Source of the DNA: Macrostomum lignano
Lineage: Eukaryota
Direction: 5' to 3'
Length of the DNA stretch: 46,178 bases
Assembly (NCBI GenBank): GCA_002269645.1
Contig: NIVC01004431.1
Span: 1 to 46,178, forward strand
The position numbers and the translations under genes were made by a program. A model generated the notes under the pieces. The model was not told the origin of the DNA, did not search any database, and saw only the letters and a program-made list of their open reading frames with translations. Positions 45,301 through 46,178 of the stretch are shown in pieces (the stretch's first letter is position 1; every line of letters starts with the position of its first letter).

Positions 45301-46082
45301 CCGCTACCCTTCCTCAGGGATGCTTCAGTGGAGCCGCTACCCTTCCTCAGGGATGCTTCAGTGGGAGCCGCTACCCTTCCTCAGGGATGCTTCAGTGGGA
45401 GCCGCTACCCTTCCTCAGGGATGCTTCAGTGGGAGCCGCTACCCTTCCTCAGGGATGCTTCAGTGGGAGCCGCTACCCTTCCTCAGGGATTCAGTGGAGC
45501 CGCTACCCTTCCTCAGGGATGCTTCAGTGGGAGCCGCTACCCTTCCTCACGGGCGACCGAAAAGTAAAAAATGTCACCTGGTATGGCCCAGCAGAACTTC
45601 TTGCAGATAGGCTGTGAAATGTGACGTCACCGGCTGAGTGAGAATCACCACCTGGATAAGCCGGAAGTAGGTGTCAACAGCACGACGCCCAGCGGACACG
45701 CGCCATCCGGCCCGGGCTCCTCGGCCATGTAGTGTCGACATTGCGCATGATTCTATGGTGAAACTCGGCCTCCTCCTCGTACTGTAGCGGATCGGCGACG
45801 CCCTCGGGCAGACCGTCGTTGCGGCCAGCAGACAGAGCCGAATGAACTCAACAACAGGTATGAGGCGGCACACGTCAACAAAGGGATTCTTTTTGGCGTA
45901 GTGTGTGTCGTGATTGACAAAGTCAACAAATGGCGGCATTTTGATTCGGCCATCGACAATGTCCCGCATGACGTTGGGCTGCGTGCAGTAGGCGAACGCC
46001 TTCTGCGCTCGCTCTTCACCGTCTCGTCGCTAGAGTGAGATGGGGGATAAGGATGCTTATTCTGGTGATTTTCCGCTAGCGC
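39353..46082 (-). CDS. ECM29: Proteasome adaptor and scaffold protein ECM29 (HEAT repeats), 3' portion; several frameshifts
   Basis: Approximate exons 46082-45650, 44915-44371, 43517-43137, 42707-41759, 41217-40285 and 39961-39353. Recognised motifs: PRLCRLQFEP, WRLRESACLAL, LLQALSGLEP, ELIRKGVGLGTK, YTGKLLAALLYGVADRN, WYLEKED. The 5' part lies right of the window. Confidence 0.88.
40036..40228. repeat. 23-25-bp minisatellite (CCCCAGTTCACAGGGACTCAAAT)n
   Basis: About 8 units in the last ECM29 intron. Confidence 0.92.
41244..41727. repeat. 24-bp minisatellite (GTGCTCACTCAGATAGCTAGGAGA)n
   Basis: About 20 units with 22-24-bp variants in an ECM29 intron. Confidence 0.93.
42805..43070 (-). mobile_element. 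SINE family B copy (ECM29 intron)
   Basis: Matches 5551-5860 and 19250-19545. Confidence 0.8.
43557..44265. repeat. 30-bp minisatellite with two subtypes sharing CACAGGGTCCTA
   Basis: (GGGCCTCTGCATCCCACAGGGTCCTAAGAT)n grades into (TTGATCGATCTCACAGGGTCCTACAATAGT)n at about 43950. Confidence 0.93.
45020..45548. repeat. 34-bp minisatellite (CCCTTCCTCAGGGATGCTTCAGTGGGAGCCGCTA)n
   Basis: About 15 units in an ECM29 intron; explains three repetitive ORFs. Confidence 0.95.
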
Positions 46083-46178
46083 CTGCAAGTTAAGCAGGGT
46101 TGGCCGCGGTTAGTACTAGATTTTAGCGCAACTTAGCATTCAAAATTCTAGGGGGGTAAATGACCCCACGACCTATAT

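Noticed and set aside
43329-45617. Long repetitive ORFs at 43105-43985 and 44943-45617
   Set aside because: They are produced by the 30- and 34-bp intronic arrays; only the 43517-43137 part is an ECM29 exon.

Overview
Eukaryotic (animal) genomic DNA. The GC-rich exons and minisatellite-filled introns resemble a Macrostomum-like flatworm, but that is inference only. The window holds three DEG/ENaC (amiloride-sensitive Na+ channel family) paralogues: the 3' end of gene A (+, 754-3722), a complete 11-exon gene B (+, 13253-23357, 1038 aa by my splice reconstruction) and an 11-exon gene C (-, 36059-27382, with two apparent lesions). Splicing B and C by hand shows about 400 aa inserted in the extracellular finger region: kringle 1, with a whole WSC domain nested between its 3rd and 4th cysteines, followed by kringle 2, carried mostly on phase-1 exons. 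This kringle[WSC]-kringle channel architecture is the main candidate novelty. Also present: a young Ty3/Gypsy LTR retrotransposon (6372-11709; identical LTRs, 4-bp TSD, tRNA-Leu PBS, -1 frameshift signal), the 3' portion of an ECM29/ECPAS proteasome-adaptor gene (-, 39353 to beyond 46082, several frameshifts), two tRNA-derived SINE families, LINE 3' fragments, tyrosine-recombinase element remnants, two MITE-like elements and many tandem repeats. All domain calls are motif recognition by eye; no database search was run.
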